A stretch of 64,000 bases of DNA from Myxococcales bacterium (GTDB taxonomy: Bacteria; Myxococcota_A; UBA9042; JABWCM01; BTVJ01): positions 32,214 through 96,213 of the forward strand of contig BTVJ01000023.1 of assembly GCA_045863395.1 (NCBI GenBank), written 5' to 3'. Below, piece by piece: positions 9,668-20,640 of this stretch; positions within the stretch are counted from its first letter, which is position 1, and each line of letters starts with the position of its first letter. A program made the translations under genes and the position numbers. The notes beneath the pieces were generated by a model. It was not told where the DNA came from and made no database searches. It was given only the letters and a program-made list of their open reading frames with translations.

Positions 9668-12478
9668 TCAGAAGATGAGCGTCCCCTCCGAGAGCGACGA
9701 CGTGACGTAGCGCCGGATGGCGTCGAGCCCCTGGTCGATGGCGTACAGGCGAGCGTCCAGGTCGAAGGTGCGGAGCGCGTTGGGGAGGCCGCCTCCCAAG
9801 ATGGCGTCCGGCGTGAGGCGGCTCGTCACCGTGAAGCGCCAGCGGAGGTCCTGGGGGGTGGCGTCCACGACCTGCCCCGTGCCCGCGTCCGTCGTGCAGC
9901 AGCCCGGGCGCACGTTGATGGTGAAGGCGAAGTTGGTGAAGGGGTGGAGGTCCAGTGAGTCGTCCAAGTTGGCGCCGCTGCCGTCGAGGGAGCAGCTCAC
10001 GGCGGTGGCGCCCTCCTTCACCGTGGCCTGCGTCGCCCGCCCGGTCAGCCGTGGGTCCTTCGACTCGTCGACCACGCAGGCGCCCCCCTGGTTGACCACG
10101 CGGTGGAGGAAGCCCGTGCGGCCTCCGTTGACCACGAAGGTGCCCCGTGGGGCTCGCACGCGATAGCCAGAGAGCGCCGGAAAGCACGTGGGGTGGGGCG
10201 TGACGTCTACTCCGGGCGAGAACGTCCGGTAGGGCGCGACCTGGCCGCAGGCAGGCACCTCGTCGACACGCTCGTTCAGGATCCCCACTGCGCCCTCCGG
10301 CGACAGAACGAGGGAATCGACCCGCACCTCCGCGATGGGGATGGCGAAGCGGTCGCCGATCCAGCGGGCGGTCGAGCCGGGGGCAGCGCAGTCCACCCGG
10401 TAGCCGGGCTCGATGACCAGCACGTCGCCAGGCTCGATGCCCGCCGCGCAGAAGTCGGCCCAGGGGTCGTGGAACAGGCCGTCGGCGGTCAGGATGGCGG
10501 CGGTCTTCGTGTCGCCGCGGTCCAGGATGACCCCCTCATGGGTCAAGCTCCAGGACTCACTGCGGGTCGTCCGCGGGTCGTCGCCGAGCTGGACCCCGTA
10601 GTAGCGGCCTTCCGTTGGGCTCGTGCTGAAGGCGCCAAGGTTGGCGAACTCGGACTGGACGGACAGGCCCTGCTGGAAGGTCTCCCCGGCGATGGTCAGC
10701 TCCGGCTGCGTGACGGACCCTCGCCCCGTCGTGGCGAGCGTCCCACGCTGGAGGTGCTTCACCTCGTCGCCCAGCTCCGCGTCGATGACGTAGACGTAGC
10801 CGAGGCTCGTGCTCACGAAGGCGGCTTGCGTGGACGTCTGCTTCCCACCCACGATGGTCGTGGTCGCCGCGAAGGCCACCGAGAGCGGTGAGGCGGGGAG
10901 CTGGATCCCCGACACCTCTTGGGCGGCGAGCACCGGGTCGCCGTCCGCCTCCCGGGCGTTCACGTCCACATGGGCGCGGGCGTCCAGGTCGATGATCTCC
11001 ACCGTCCCTCGTGATTGGTCCGTGACGTAGAGCCACCGGCCGTTGGGCGAGACGGCGAGGCTCGACGCCGGGGAGGCGCCGCTCGGGGCCTCCGAGGCGC
11101 CACCTCGGGTGTAGCAGTCCGGGTCCTCCGCGTCGATGAGCCCGTCGCCGTCGTCGTCCACGCCGTTGGCGCAGGCCGGGCGTGCCTCGCTGTTGGCCCA
11201 CGGAGCGGCGCAGTCCGGGTCCTCGCCGATGCCGTCTCCGACCGGGGCTGCGTCCACCAGCCCGTCCCCGTCGTTGTCGATGCCGTCGTTGCAGGTCGTG
11301 GGGATCTCGTCCTCTGCGTTGTCCTGGCGGCTCCCGAAGCTGCGGAAGGGGGCGCAGTCCTTGTCGTCGGGGAGGGTCCCGTCGCCGCCGTAGTCCGCCG
11401 TGCCGTCGCCGTCGTTGTCCTCTCCGTCCGCGCACTGCGGGAGCTCGGACGGGCCCCGGGGGTTCCCGTTGCAGTGGGGATCTTCGAGATCCACGAGGCC
11501 GTCGCCGTCGTTGTCCAGGCCGTCGCTGCACGCAGGCTTGCTGGAGAACTCGGTGGTGTCGAGGCGCGAGCGGCAGCCCGGGTCTGCCGGCCAGTCCACG
11601 AGGCCGTCGCCGTCGTTGTCCAGGCCGTCGGCGCAGCCAGGGGGGGCGCCGTCGAAGGTGGCGGTCTCCTCCGAGGCCCCACTCGGGCTCTCGCAGTCGG
11701 GGTCGGCGCCGTCGACCAGGCCGTCCAGGTCATTGTCGAGGCCGTCGCCGCACTCGGGCGCGAAGGGGATGGTCGCGACCAACGCGCCGGTCGCCGGGTC
11801 CAGCTCGCTGACCGCCGAGATCGTGATATGCGAGGCGTAGATGGCCACCGCCTCTCCGTCCTTTGCGCGGACCGCCAGGTGGCGCGGTGTCCCGCCGACG
11901 GTCGTGCGCTCCAAGGCGGCCGGGTCCAGCGCGCCGAAGCCCTCGCCGAGGGGCACGCGGACCACCTCGCCGCGGTCGGGCAGCGTCAGCCACGCCGTCT
12001 GGGCCTCGGCGGTCCCGGTCACGACCACGTCCGCGGGCGTGCCTGGTAGCGCCTGTCGCTCCAAGTCGAGCGCGAGCTTGGCCACCCGCATGCGGTCGAG
12101 GGAGCGGGTGCCCGCGTTGGCCATGTAGACCCACGCGCCGTCCGCGCTCGCGACGATGCGGATGGGCTGGCCGCCGACGGGGCGGCGCGTGAAGCCGGGG
12201 ATGAACGTGTCCTGATCGACGAAGCCCCCGTCGCTCACGGTGACGACGGCGAGGTCGCCCAGCTCGCCGTTGGGGACGAAGCCCAGGATCGTGTGGCGGG
12301 TCGTGTCGCAGACCCCGGCGACCGGCACGAGGCCGGCGATGCCCTTGCGCCCGTCCACGCACACCAGGGCGATGTCCTGCGGGTGCGCGAGGTTGGAGGT
12401 CGGCTGGTCCGCGGGCGTGGGGCACGCAGCGGCGCCGAGGAGCAGCGAGAGGAGCAGGGCCTTGGGAGTGCGCGTCAT
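9668..12478 (-). CDS. Large beta-propeller (YncE-like) lipoprotein with six inserted Cys/Asp-rich Ca-binding-like repeats
   Basis: Lipobox GAAAC; propeller blade motifs (ASADGAWVYMAN, AVSPNGRWLYVTD); CxDGxDNDGDGxxD repeats. Confidence 0.85.
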   Translation of the reverse strand: MTRTPKALLLSLLLGAAACPTPADQPTSNLAHPQDIALVCVDGRKGIAGLVPVAGVCDTTRHTILGFVPNGELGDLAVVTVSDGGFVDQDTFIPGFTRRPVGGQPIRIVASADGAWVYMANAGTRSLDRMRVAKLALDLERQALPGTPADVVVTGTAEAQTAWLTLPDRGEVVRVPLGEGFGALDPAALERTTVGGTPRHLAVRAKDGEAVAIYASHITISAVSELDPATGALVATIPFAPECGDGLDNDLDGLVDGADPDCESPSGASEETATFDGAPPGCADGLDNDGDGLVDWPADPGCRSRLDTTEFSSKPACSDGLDNDGDGLVDLEDPHCNGNPRGPSELPQCADGEDNDGDGTADYGGDGTLPDDKDCAPFRSFGSRQDNAEDEIPTTCNDGIDNDGDGLVDAAPVGDGIGEDPDCAAPWANSEARPACANGVDDDGDGLIDAEDPDCYTRGGASEAPSGASPASSLAVSPNGRWLYVTDQSRGTVEIIDLDARAHVDVNAREADGDPVLAAQEVSGIQLPASPLSVAFAATTTIVGGKQTSTQAAFVSTSLGYVYVIDAELGDEVKHLQRGTLATTGRGSVTQPELTIAGETFQQGLSVQSEFANLGAFSTSPTEGRYYGVQLGDDPRTTRSESWSLTHEGVILDRGDTKTAAILTADGLFHDPWADFCAAGIEPGDVLVIEPGYRVDCAAPGSTARWIGDRFAIPIAEVRVDSLVLSPEGAVGILNERVDEVPACGQVAPYRTFSPGVDVTPHPTCFPALSGYRVRAPRGTFVVNGGRTGFLHRVVNQGGACVVDESKDPRLTGRATQATVKEGATAVSCSLDGSGANLDDSLDLHPFTNFAFTINVRPGCCTTDAGTGQVVDATPQDLRWRFTVTSRLTPDAILGGGLPNALRTFDLDARLYAIDQGLDAIRRYVTSSLSEGTLIF
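11114..11752 (-). repeat. Six coding repeats CxD/NGxDN/DDxDGxxD..DxxC
   Basis: CGDGLDNDLDG, CADGLDNDGDG, CSDGLDNDGDG, CADGEDNDGDG, CNDGIDNDGDG, CANGVDDDGDG. Confidence 0.9.
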
Positions 12479-13744
12479 TCAGCGGATCTCGGCGATGACC
12501 TGGTGGTGGAACGGGCTCTTCGGGTCCAGCTCGATGACGGCGACGGAGTTCTGCTCGAACTTGGACACGTAGGCACGCGTCCCGGCGGTCTCGCTCTGCA
12601 CGATGGCGATGTCGTACGGGCCGATGCCGAGCTCGATGCGGTCGACGACCTCCATCAGGAGGGTGTCGACCACCCACAGGTCGCCCGAGCCGAAGCAGAC
12701 CGCGTAGACCAGATCGCCCAGGCCGTCCTCTCGCGGGAGCACGGCCAGCTCGCTCGGGCGGGCGCCGAGGCCCACCATCCCAAGCACCTGGTTGCGAGGG
12801 TTGCCGTTCGCGCCGGCCGACACGTCGATGACGGCGATGGCTGGCGGGGAGCGCCATGCGACGTAGGCGCGTGTACCGGCCGCGTTGAGGGTCAGCCCGT
12901 GGCCGTAGTCGCCGGCCGTCGTCACGTTGGTGACGTTGACCGCCGACGCCGACACCTGGGGCAGTGTCTCGTTGCCGTCGACGTTGAGGTTCTCCGGGCC
13001 GACCTCGCTCCGGGGGCCGTCGGTGATCTTCAGCGCGAAGACCTGGGCGGCGAAGTGGCTCGACACGTAGGTCACGCCCGTCGCAGCGGAGGTCGCGACG
13101 CCGTGGAGGCCCGCCTGGAGCTGGACCGAACGCAGCAAGGACGGCGCGCCGTCCGCTGCGAGGCGCCACACCCCGAGGCGCCCGTCGAGGAGCGAGCCCG
13201 TCAGGAGGAGGTTGCTCTGGTTCGGGCCCATGGCCTTGACGCCGGCGCCGAAGGGGTTGTCGCCCACGCGGACCGTCGCCCCGTTGACCGTGGCCTCGCC
13301 GATGGAGAACTCCGGGGAGCACACCTCGATGCCGCTCGCGGCGTCGCCCTTCGTGCAGCGCAGATCGGGCGTGCCACCCTTGCGCTCGATGCGGAACCAA
13401 GAGAGGGCGTCCGCGTCCCGGTCAGGCAGATAGCCGGCGATGGCCGCGCCGTCCAGCGTCTCGAGCACCAGCTTGCCAGGGAACGTCCCCACCTGGATGG
13501 TGGCGTCCGGCACGATCCGGTGGGTCAGCAGGTCGACCACCACCACCGAGCCGCCCCGGTAGAGCAGGTCGAAGTTGGAGTTGACCACATAGAGGTGGCG
13601 CCCGTCCGGGTCCGCCGCGAGCGAGGTCGGGAAGTGGAGCCGGTCCGACGGATGGTCCTTGCCTCGGACCTCCTCGCCGCATGCCGCGAGGTTCGCGAGC
13701 CACAGGGCCGCGACCGCACCCCACGTCCCGAGCCTCACTCTCAC
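12479..13744 (-). CDS. YncE-family beta-propeller lipoprotein
   Basis: Lipobox LAAC; FPTSLAADPDGRHLYVVNSNFDL; repeated blades; start overlaps ppdK stop. Confidence 0.85.
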   Translation of the reverse strand: MRVRLGTWGAVAALWLANLAACGEEVRGKDHPSDRLHFPTSLAADPDGRHLYVVNSNFDLLYRGGSVVVVDLLTHRIVPDATIQVGTFPGKLVLETLDGAAIAGYLPDRDADALSWFRIERKGGTPDLRCTKGDAASGIEVCSPEFSIGEATVNGATVRVGDNPFGAGVKAMGPNQSNLLLTGSLLDGRLGVWRLAADGAPSLLRSVQLQAGLHGVATSAATGVTYVSSHFAAQVFALKITDGPRSEVGPENLNVDGNETLPQVSASAVNVTNVTTAGDYGHGLTLNAAGTRAYVAWRSPPAIAVIDVSAGANGNPRNQVLGMVGLGARPSELAVLPREDGLGDLVYAVCFGSGDLWVVDTLLMEVVDRIELGIGPYDIAIVQSETAGTRAYVSKFEQNSVAVIELDPKSPFHHQVIAEIR

Positions 13745-16410
13745 TTGCTCTCCTCGAGGGTGGCGTGGGCCGCCGCCAACCGCGCGATGGGCACGCGGAA
13801 GGGAGAGCAGCTCACATAGTCGAGGCCGATGCGGTGGAAGGTGTGGACCGAGATCGGCTCACCGCCGTGCTCGCCGCAGATGCCCAGGTGGAGGTGGGGG
13901 TTGGACGACCGGCCCCGGTCCACGGCCATCTGCACCAGCTCCGCCACGCCGTCGTCGACGACCACGAAGGGGTCGTGCTTGAGGACGCCCTTCTCCACGT
14001 AGCGGGGCAGGAACTTGCCCGCGTCGTCCCGCGAGAGGCCGAAGGTGGTCTGTGTCAGGTCATTGGTGCCGAAGCTGAAGAAGTCCGCGTGCTTCGCGAT
14101 GTCGTGGGCCTTGATGGCCGCTCGCGGCAGCTCGATCATGGTGCCGACGAGGTACTCCACGGTCACGCCCATGCGGGCCATGGTGTCCTCCGCCACGGCG
14201 ACGGACAGCGTGCGCAGCTCGGCGAGCTCGGTCTCGGTGCTGACCAGCGGGATCATGATCTCGGGGACGATGGTGTAGCCGTCGTCTCGCACCAGCTCGC
14301 AGGCTGCCTCCATGATGGCGCGCACCTGCATCTCGTAGATCTCGGGGTACGTCACCCCCAGGCGGCAGCCGCGGTGGCCGAGCATGGGGTTCATCTCGTG
14401 CAGCGTCTCGACCGCGTGCTTGACCGCCTCGAAGGTCGCGCCCGTATCCTCTGCCACGGCGCGGATGTCGTCCGCATGCTGCGGCAGGAACTCGTGGAGC
14501 GGCGGGTCCAGCAGGCGGATGGTGACGGGCAGGCCCTTCATCGCCTGGAAGATGCCGCGGAAGTCGCCGCGCTGCATCGGGAGCAGCTTGTCGAGGGCCT
14601 TGCGGCGGCCCGCCTCGTCCGGCGCCAGGATCATCTCGCGCACCGCCAGGATGCGCTCCTCGCTGAAGAACATGTGCTCGGTGCGGCAGAGCCCGATGCC
14701 CTGGGCGCCGAAGCCGCGGGCGACCTCCGCGTCGTGGGGCGTGTCCGCGTTGGCGCGCACCTTGAGGCGCCGGAAGCCGTCGGCCCAGCCCATGAGCGTC
14801 TCGAAGTTCTCGTCGGGATCTGGCGCGACCGTGGCCACCGAGCCGAGGAACACTTCTCCCGTGCTGCCGTCGACGCTGATCACCTCCCCCTCGTGCAGCG
14901 TCCGGTCGCCGACCTTGATGGTCCTGGCGGTCTCGCTGACCGCCAGGGCGCCGCAGCCCGCCACGCAGCACTTGCCCATGCCGCGGGCGACCACCGCCGC
15001 GTGGCTGGTCATGCCGCCGCGCGCCGTCAGCACCGCCCGCGCCTTGTTCATGCCGGCCAGGTCCTCGGGGCTGGTCTCGTTGCGTACCAGGATGACCTGC
15101 TTGCCCTCCGCCGCCCAGGCGACCGCGTCCTCCGCGGAGAACACGATCTGCCCGTGCTCGGCGCCCGGCGACGCGGCGAGGCCGGTGGCCAGGAGGCGCC
15201 GTTCTGCCTTGGCGGCCTTGATGGCCTTGGGGTCGAACTGGGGGTGGAGGAGCTGGTCCAGGTCCTTGGGCTGGACGCGAAGCACGGCGGTTCGCCTGTC
15301 GATGAGCCCCTCGCCGACCATCTCGACGGCGATACGGATGGCCGCCTTGGCCGTGCGCTTGCCGTTGCGGGTCTGGAGCATCCACAGCTTGCCGCGCTCG
15401 ACGGTGAACTCCATGTCCTGCATGTCGCGGTAGTGGGCCTCCAGGCGGTGGTAGATGTCCACCAGCTCCTGGTAGACCACCGGCATGGTCGCCTCGAGGC
15501 TCGGGAGCACGCTGTCGTGTCCCGAGATTGGCCGCGGCGTCCGGATGCCTGCCACCACGTCCTCGCCCTGGGCGTTGGGCAGGTACTCGCCGAAGAAGCG
15601 GCGCTCGCCCGTCGACGGATCACGGGTGAAGCACACGCCCGTGGCGCAGTCGTCACCCTGGTTGCCGAAGACCATGGCCTGGACGTTCACCGCGGTGCCC
15701 AGGTCGTGGGGGATCCCGTTGAGGTTCCGATACTCGATGGCGCGCTTGTTGTTCCAGCTCGCGAAGACCGCCTCGATGGACGCGATGAGCTGCGAGCGGG
15801 GATCCGTCGGGAACGGCTTGCCGGTCGCTGCCTGCACCTTGGCGCGGAAGATGCCGACCAGCTCGCGGAGCTGGTCCGCCGTCAGGTCCTGGTCCGTCTG
15901 GGCGCCCGCGCGCACCTTCATGTCGTGGAGCTCCGTCTCCAGGAGGCCGCCCTCCAGGTTGAGCACCACGTTGGAGTACATCTGGATGAAGCGGCGGAAG
16001 CTGTCCGCGGCGAACCGTGCCCCGCCCTTGGCGGCGAGGCCCTCCATCGTCTGGTCGTTGAGGCCGAGGTTGAGGACGGTGTCCATCATGCCCGGCATGC
16101 TGAACTTGGCGCCGGAGCGCACGGAGACGAGCAGCGGGTCCCCCGGGTCGCCGAAGCGGCGGCCCATCTTGCCCTCGAGCCACGCCATGGCGGCGTCGAC
16201 CTGCTCGTCCAGGCCCGCGGGGCGCTGGCGGCCGTTCCTGTAGTACTCGGTGCAGGCGTTGGTCGCGATGGTGAAGCCCGGCGGGACCGGGAGGCCGAGG
16301 CGGGTCATCTCGGCGAGGCCCGCGCCCTTGCCGCCGAGGACCTCCTTCATGCGGCCGTCGCCGTCCGTCTCGTCGTGGCTGAACTTGTAGACGTACCTGG
16401 TCTCGCTCAT
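13741..16410 (-). CDS. ppdK: Pyruvate, phosphate dikinase
   Basis: LGGKGAGLAEM, PLLVSVRSGA..SMPGMMDTVLNLG, GGMTSHAAVVARG, GIGLCRTEHMF, FSFGTNDLTQ, GICGEHGG. Confidence 0.98.
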   Translation of the reverse strand: MSETRYVYKFSHDETDGDGRMKEVLGGKGAGLAEMTRLGLPVPPGFTIATNACTEYYRNGRQRPAGLDEQVDAAMAWLEGKMGRRFGDPGDPLLVSVRSGAKFSMPGMMDTVLNLGLNDQTMEGLAAKGGARFAADSFRRFIQMYSNVVLNLEGGLLETELHDMKVRAGAQTDQDLTADQLRELVGIFRAKVQAATGKPFPTDPRSQLIASIEAVFASWNNKRAIEYRNLNGIPHDLGTAVNVQAMVFGNQGDDCATGVCFTRDPSTGERRFFGEYLPNAQGEDVVAGIRTPRPISGHDSVLPSLEATMPVVYQELVDIYHRLEAHYRDMQDMEFTVERGKLWMLQTRNGKRTAKAAIRIAVEMVGEGLIDRRTAVLRVQPKDLDQLLHPQFDPKAIKAAKAERRLLATGLAASPGAEHGQIVFSAEDAVAWAAEGKQVILVRNETSPEDLAGMNKARAVLTARGGMTSHAAVVARGMGKCCVAGCGALAVSETARTIKVGDRTLHEGEVISVDGSTGEVFLGSVATVAPDPDENFETLMGWADGFRRLKVRANADTPHDAEVARGFGAQGIGLCRTEHMFFSEERILAVREMILAPDEAGRRKALDKLLPMQRGDFRGIFQAMKGLPVTIRLLDPPLHEFLPQHADDIRAVAEDTGATFEAVKHAVETLHEMNPMLGHRGCRLGVTYPEIYEMQVRAIMEAACELVRDDGYTIVPEIMIPLVSTETELAELRTLSVAVAEDTMARMGVTVEYLVGTMIELPRAAIKAHDIAKHADFFSFGTNDLTQTTFGLSRDDAGKFLPRYVEKGVLKHDPFVVVDDGVAELVQMAVDRGRSSNPHLHLGICGEHGGEPISVHTFHRIGLDYVSCSPFRVPIARLAAAHATLEESK

Positions 16411-16429
16411 GTCCGTTCTCCAGTCTGGC

Positions 16430-18511
16430 CTATCGTGCGCCCGCCCCGGGCGTCTGGATGCGTCCGAAGTCGGCGATGTCTGCGAAGAGGGCGCGGATCT
16501 CTCCAAGGAGCGCCAAGCGGTTCTGCCGGACGGCGTCGTCGTCGACCATCACCATGACGTGGTCGAAGAAGGCGTCGACCGCCGGCTTGAGCCCGGCGAG
16601 CGCGCACAGCGCCCCGTCGAAGTCGCAGCAGCCCACCAGGGCCCGGGCCTCGGCGCCGATGCGCCGCGTCTCCGCGAGGAGCGCCCGCTCCTGGTCCGAG
16701 TCCAGCAGATCGGCGTCCGGTCCGTCCGGCCCGATGGGCTGGCCCTTCGTGATGTTCATGACGCGCTTGAAGGCGATGGCCAGGGGCTCGAAGTCCTCCC
16801 GGCTCCGGAGCGCCGACAGCGCCTTGACCTTGGCCACCAGATCCACGAGGACGTCGCCGGGGGTGGCCAGCACCGCTTCGATGACGTCCGTGGCGTGGTC
16901 GCCCTGGAGCAGGCTCCGCAGGCGGCCCCGGAAGAACTCCACCACGTCCTCGGTCACGTCCGCGGCAGGGCGGGTGAGGCGGCCGTCGTAGGCGCCGATG
17001 GCGTGGGCGATCAGGACTCGGAGCGGAAGCGTCCAGCCACGCCCGAGGAAGGTGTGGATGATGCCCAGGGCGCCGCGGCGCAGCGCGTACGGGTCCTGGG
17101 TGCCCGTCGGCAGCAGGCCGAGGCCGAAGCAGCCGACGATGCTGTCGATCTTGTCCGCAACGGCCACGATGGCGCCTGCGTCGCTGGCCGGGACCGCGTC
17201 GCCGGCGAACCGCGGCTGGTAGTGCTCGTAGATGGCGGTCGCGACGGCCTCGGGCTCGCCGGAGTGCTTCGCGTACTCGCGGCCCATGACCCCTTGGAGG
17301 TCCGGGAACTCGCCGACCATGTGGGTCGCGAGATCCGCCTTGCAGAGCAGGGCCGCTCGCTCCGCCAGGGACGCGGCGCCTGGGGCGCAGGCGGCGGCGA
17401 TGGCGCCGGACAGCGCAACCAGGCGCTCCGCCTTCTCGCGGACGGTGCCCAGGCCCGCCAGGAAGATCCGCTGGGACAGGCGCTCCACGTAGTCCTCGAG
17501 GGGGCGCTTCCGGTCCTCGGCGAAGAAGAACTGCGCATCGGACAGGCGCGCCGCCAGGACCCGCTGGTTGCCCCGGGTGACCAGGTCCATGTCCCGCGCA
17601 AGGGTGTTGCTCGCGACCAGGAAGTGGTTCAAGAGGGAGCCGTCGGCCGCCTCGAGCGCGAAGTAGCGCTGGTGGCTGCGCATGGAGGTGACGAGCACCT
17701 CCCGGGGCAGGGCCAGGAAGGCCGGGTCGAAGGTGCCCCGCGTCAGGTGGGGCCACTCGACGAGGTGGGTCACCTCCTCGACGAGGCCCTCGTCGGAGAT
17801 GGCGCGGCCGCCGCCGGCGGAGCCCAGGGTCGCGACCTGCTCTCGGATGAGGCGCCGGCGCTCCTCCGGGTCCACGAGGACGTGGGCCTGCGCAAGGGCG
17901 GCCAGGAGCGCATCGGGGCCCGTGACGGTGATGCCCTGCGGCGCCATGAAGCGGTGGCCGTAGGTGGTGCGCCCGCTCCGCACCCCCGCGAACTCGAAGG
18001 GCACGACTTCAGAGCCGAGCAGCGCCACGATCCAGTGGACGGGGCGCACGAAGGGCTGGCCGCCCCGCCCCCAGCGCATGGCCTTCGGCCAGGGCATGGA
18101 CGCGAGCAGCCGGGGCAGGACCTCGGCGAGCAGGGCGCCCACGGGACGACCCTGCACGTGCTTGCGGGCGGAGACGTAGGGTCCCTTGGGCGTGTCGACC
18201 ACGGACAGGGCGGACAGGTCGACGCCCTCCCGCCGCGCGAAGCCCTCGGCGGCCTTGGTGGGCTGGCCGTCCTTGAAGGCGACGGCGGCCGGCGGGCCGA
18301 GCACGTCCGCGACGATGTCCTCCTGGCGGTCCGGGATGCTCCCGGCGGTCAGGATCAGGCGACGCGGCGTGACTGCCGTGCGCAGGTCGGAGACGGGCAG
18401 GCGCAGGGCCTCGCACTCCTTGCGGAAGCGGGCCTCCAGCTCGGCGACGCCGCCGGGCGCCATGCGGGCCGGGATCTCTTCGGTGCCGACCTCGAGGAGG
18501 AAGGTGGTCAT
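16430..18511 (-). CDS. glyS: Glycine--tRNA ligase beta subunit
   Basis: [61 protein letters not shown]-terminal part of ORF 16430..20377. Confidence 0.97.
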   Translation of the reverse strand: MTTFLLEVGTEEIPARMAPGGVAELEARFRKECEALRLPVSDLRTAVTPRRLILTAGSIPDRQEDIVADVLGPPAAVAFKDGQPTKAAEGFARREGVDLSALSVVDTPKGPYVSARKHVQGRPVGALLAEVLPRLLASMPWPKAMRWGRGGQPFVRPVHWIVALLGSEVVPFEFAGVRSGRTTYGHRFMAPQGITVTGPDALLAALAQAHVLVDPEERRRLIREQVATLGSAGGGRAISDEGLVEEVTHLVEWPHLTRGTFDPAFLALPREVLVTSMRSHQRYFALEAADGSLLNHFLVASNTLARDMDLVTRGNQRVLAARLSDAQFFFAEDRKRPLEDYVERLSQRIFLAGLGTVREKAERLVALSGAIAAACAPGAASLAERAALLCKADLATHMVGEFPDLQGVMGREYAKHSGEPEAVATAIYEHYQPRFAGDAVPASDAGAIVAVADKIDSIVGCFGLGLLPTGTQDPYALRRGALGIIHTFLGRGWTLPLRVLIAHAIGAYDGRLTRPAADVTEDVVEFFRGRLRSLLQGDHATDVIEAVLATPGDVLVDLVAKVKALSALRSREDFEPLAIAFKRVMNITKGQPIGPDGPDADLLDSDQERALLAETRRIGAEARALVGCCDFDGALCALAGLKPAVDAFFDHVMVMVDDDAVRQNRLALLGEIRALFADIADFGRIQTPGAGAR

Positions 18512-19389
18512 GGCGCCACCTCCTTCTTGAGCATGGGGAAGCCGAGGCGCTCGCGCTGGGCGACGTAGGCCTCGGCGCAGCGGCGGGCGAGCCCCCGCAC
18601 CCGGCCGATGTATTTCTGGCGCTCGGTCACGCTGATGGCGCCGCGGGCGTCGAGCACGTTGAAGACGTGGCTGCACTTCAGGGTGTAGTCGTAGGCCGGC
18701 AGGACCAGGCCCTGCTCGAGGATGCGCTGGCACTCCCGCTCGAACTTCTCGAACAGCTCCAGGTGGAGCGCGACGTCCGCCACCTCGAAGTTGTAGGTGG
18801 ACAGCTCCACCTCGTCCTGGTGGTGCACCTCGCCGTAGGAGACGCCGTCCACCCACTCCAGGTCGTAGACCGAGCTCTTGCCCTGGAGGTACATGGTCAG
18901 GCGCTCCAGCCCGTAGGTGAGCTCCACCGCGACCGGGTCCAGCTCGATGCCGCCCGCCTGCTGGAAGTACGTGAACTGGCTCGCCTCCATGCCGTCGACC
19001 CAGACCTCCCAGCCCAGGCCCCAGGCGCCGAGGGTCGGGGACTCCCAGTCGTCCTCCACGAAGCGGATGTCGTGCTCCATGGGATCGATGCCGAGCGCCT
19101 TGAGGCTCCCCAGGTACAGCTCCTGGATGTCGTGGGGTGCCGGCTTCATGATCACCTGGAACTGGTAGTACTTGCCGAGCCGGAACGGGTTCTCGCCGTA
19201 GCGCCCGTCGGTGGGGCGGCGCGAGGGCTCCACGAAGGCCGTGTTCCACGGCTCTGGGCCCAGCACGCGCAGGAAGGTCGACGGGTTGAACGTGCCCGCG
19301 CCCTTCTCCACGTCGTACGGTTGGACGATGACGCAGCCCCGGCGCGCCCAGTACTCCTGGAGGCGCAGGATCACCTCTTGAAATGTCAC
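18508..19389 (-). CDS. glyQ: Glycine--tRNA ligase alpha subunit
   Basis: [53 protein letters not shown]. Confidence 0.98.
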   Translation of the reverse strand: MTFQEVILRLQEYWARRGCVIVQPYDVEKGAGTFNPSTFLRVLGPEPWNTAFVEPSRRPTDGRYGENPFRLGKYYQFQVIMKPAPHDIQELYLGSLKALGIDPMEHDIRFVEDDWESPTLGAWGLGWEVWVDGMEASQFTYFQQAGGIELDPVAVELTYGLERLTMYLQGKSSVYDLEWVDGVSYGEVHHQDEVELSTYNFEVADVALHLELFEKFERECQRILEQGLVLPAYDYTLKCSHVFNVLDARGAISVTERQKYIGRVRGLARRCAEAYVAQRERLGFPMLKKEVAP

Positions 19390-19429
19390 GACCTGAACCT
19401 CCCACGAAGGGCCGCCCCAAGGACGGCGA

Positions 19430-19459
19430 ACCGTAGCACCGGCGCCGCGGGAGCGTCAA
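19430..19459 (-). promoter_or_regulatory. Putative sigma70 promoter of the glyQS-ppdK operon
   Basis: Minus strand TTGACG-N18-TACGGT with extended TG. Confidence 0.5.
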
Positions 19460-19555
19460 GCGGGACCGGGCGCGCTCCCGGGCCCTGGTTGCGCGGACGC
19501 GCGGGTGGTATGGTGCCCACGTGGAGCGGTTCCCTGGCGCAGACGGAGGCGCGCG

Positions 19556-20365
19556 ATGAGCTTGAGGGTCTGGAGCATGAGCGTGGTCTGTGTGGGCGTC
19601 TTGCTCCATGGCTGTGAGCCGCAGGAGACGGTGATCATCGAGACCCACACGTCCGGCCCCGACGTGCAGGCGGGGGGCCCGGTGGACGTCCTGGAGGCGA
19701 CGCCCGACGTGCCTTCGGTGGAGGACACCGGTGGTGAGGCGCCAAAGCCGAGCGGATTGCCCGACATCTCGGCCTTCGTCCCCGCCGGTCCCGTGACCCG
19801 CAACGCGTCTTGCAATGCGCCGTCGTCCTTCTCCAAGGGCGAGAACGTGCCCTGGAAGGGCTTCATCCATGACGGCAAGACGTACACCTGCAACCGCTGC
19901 CCCGGCGGCGACGAGCCGGCGCAGGGGGAGTGGCGCTTCGTGGACTTCGACACGGAGGACCCGGAGACCAAGCTCAACGACAACTACAAGGAGCTGCTGA
20001 TCTTCGAGGGCAGCACCTGGCGGCAGCACTCCTCGGGCCTGGACCTGGGCCAGCAGACCGACGCGTGGATCGAGGGCTACTACTTCCGCGGGGACGTGGC
20101 CGAGATCCCCGACCAGAAGCACGTCTTCGTGGTCACGCGGGTCGAGCCGGAGGGCGCGTTCGGCTGGCAGGAGGGCCTCGTGTTCACGGGCAAGCTCTAC
20201 AAGCAGGGCACCGACAAGCTCGCCTTCGAGTTTCAGGAGGGCTTCCTGACCGGCAAGCTCGGCGTCGCCATGTACTGCCGCCCCGGGACCATGGTGAACA
20301 CCTACCCCGACGGCCCTGCCGGGAAGGCCGTGAAGAAGCTGTGCCCGCACCCGTTCGGGGGGTAG
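19556..20365 (+). CDS. Hypothetical lipoprotein
   Basis: GGAGG RBS, lipobox-like LHGC, GC3-biased codons. Confidence 0.75.
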   Translation: MSLRVWSMSVVCVGVLLHGCEPQETVIIETHTSGPDVQAGGPVDVLEATPDVPSVEDTGGEAPKPSGLPDISAFVPAGPVTRNASCNAPSSFSKGENVPWKGFIHDGKTYTCNRCPGGDEPAQGEWRFVDFDTEDPETKLNDNYKELLIFEGSTWRQHSSGLDLGQQTDAWIEGYYFRGDVAEIPDQKHVFVVTRVEPEGAFGWQEGLVFTGKLYKQGTDKLAFEFQEGFLTGKLGVAMYCRPGTMVNTYPDGPAGKAVKKLCPHPFGG

Positions 20366-20382
20366 CACCTCGTCCAACGAGC

Positions 20383-20640
20383 ATGAGCACTCACGAGGAC
20401 ATCACGGTTCTCAGGGAGCGCGGTCAGACCTCGATCCCCGCCGAGCTGCGGCGTGATGTGGGGTCGGGAAGGGGCAGTGGCTCCTCTGGGAGCGGGTCGC
20501 TGAGCACGAGCTGCGGGTGCGCGTCGCAGGGACGGAGCGTGCCGCGGGCGCGTCCTCGGTCCTCGGCTCCGCCCGCCGATTTCGTGCGACTCGCTCGACA
20601 CAGGACTGGATGGGCGAGCTGCGCGAAGGTGAGAGGGGAG
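20383..20640 (+). pseudogene. AbrB/MazE-type antitoxin, frameshifted
   Basis: MSTHEDITVLRERGQTSIPAELRRDVG, then after a frame change near 20463 GKGQWLLWERVAEHELRVRV...TQDWMGELREGE. Confidence 0.75.

Noticed and set aside
18512..20377. Apparent N-terminal extension making GlyS 1315 aa
   Set aside because: An off-frame run through glyQ; the true GlyS start ([12 protein letters not shown]) is at 18511 with an RBS.
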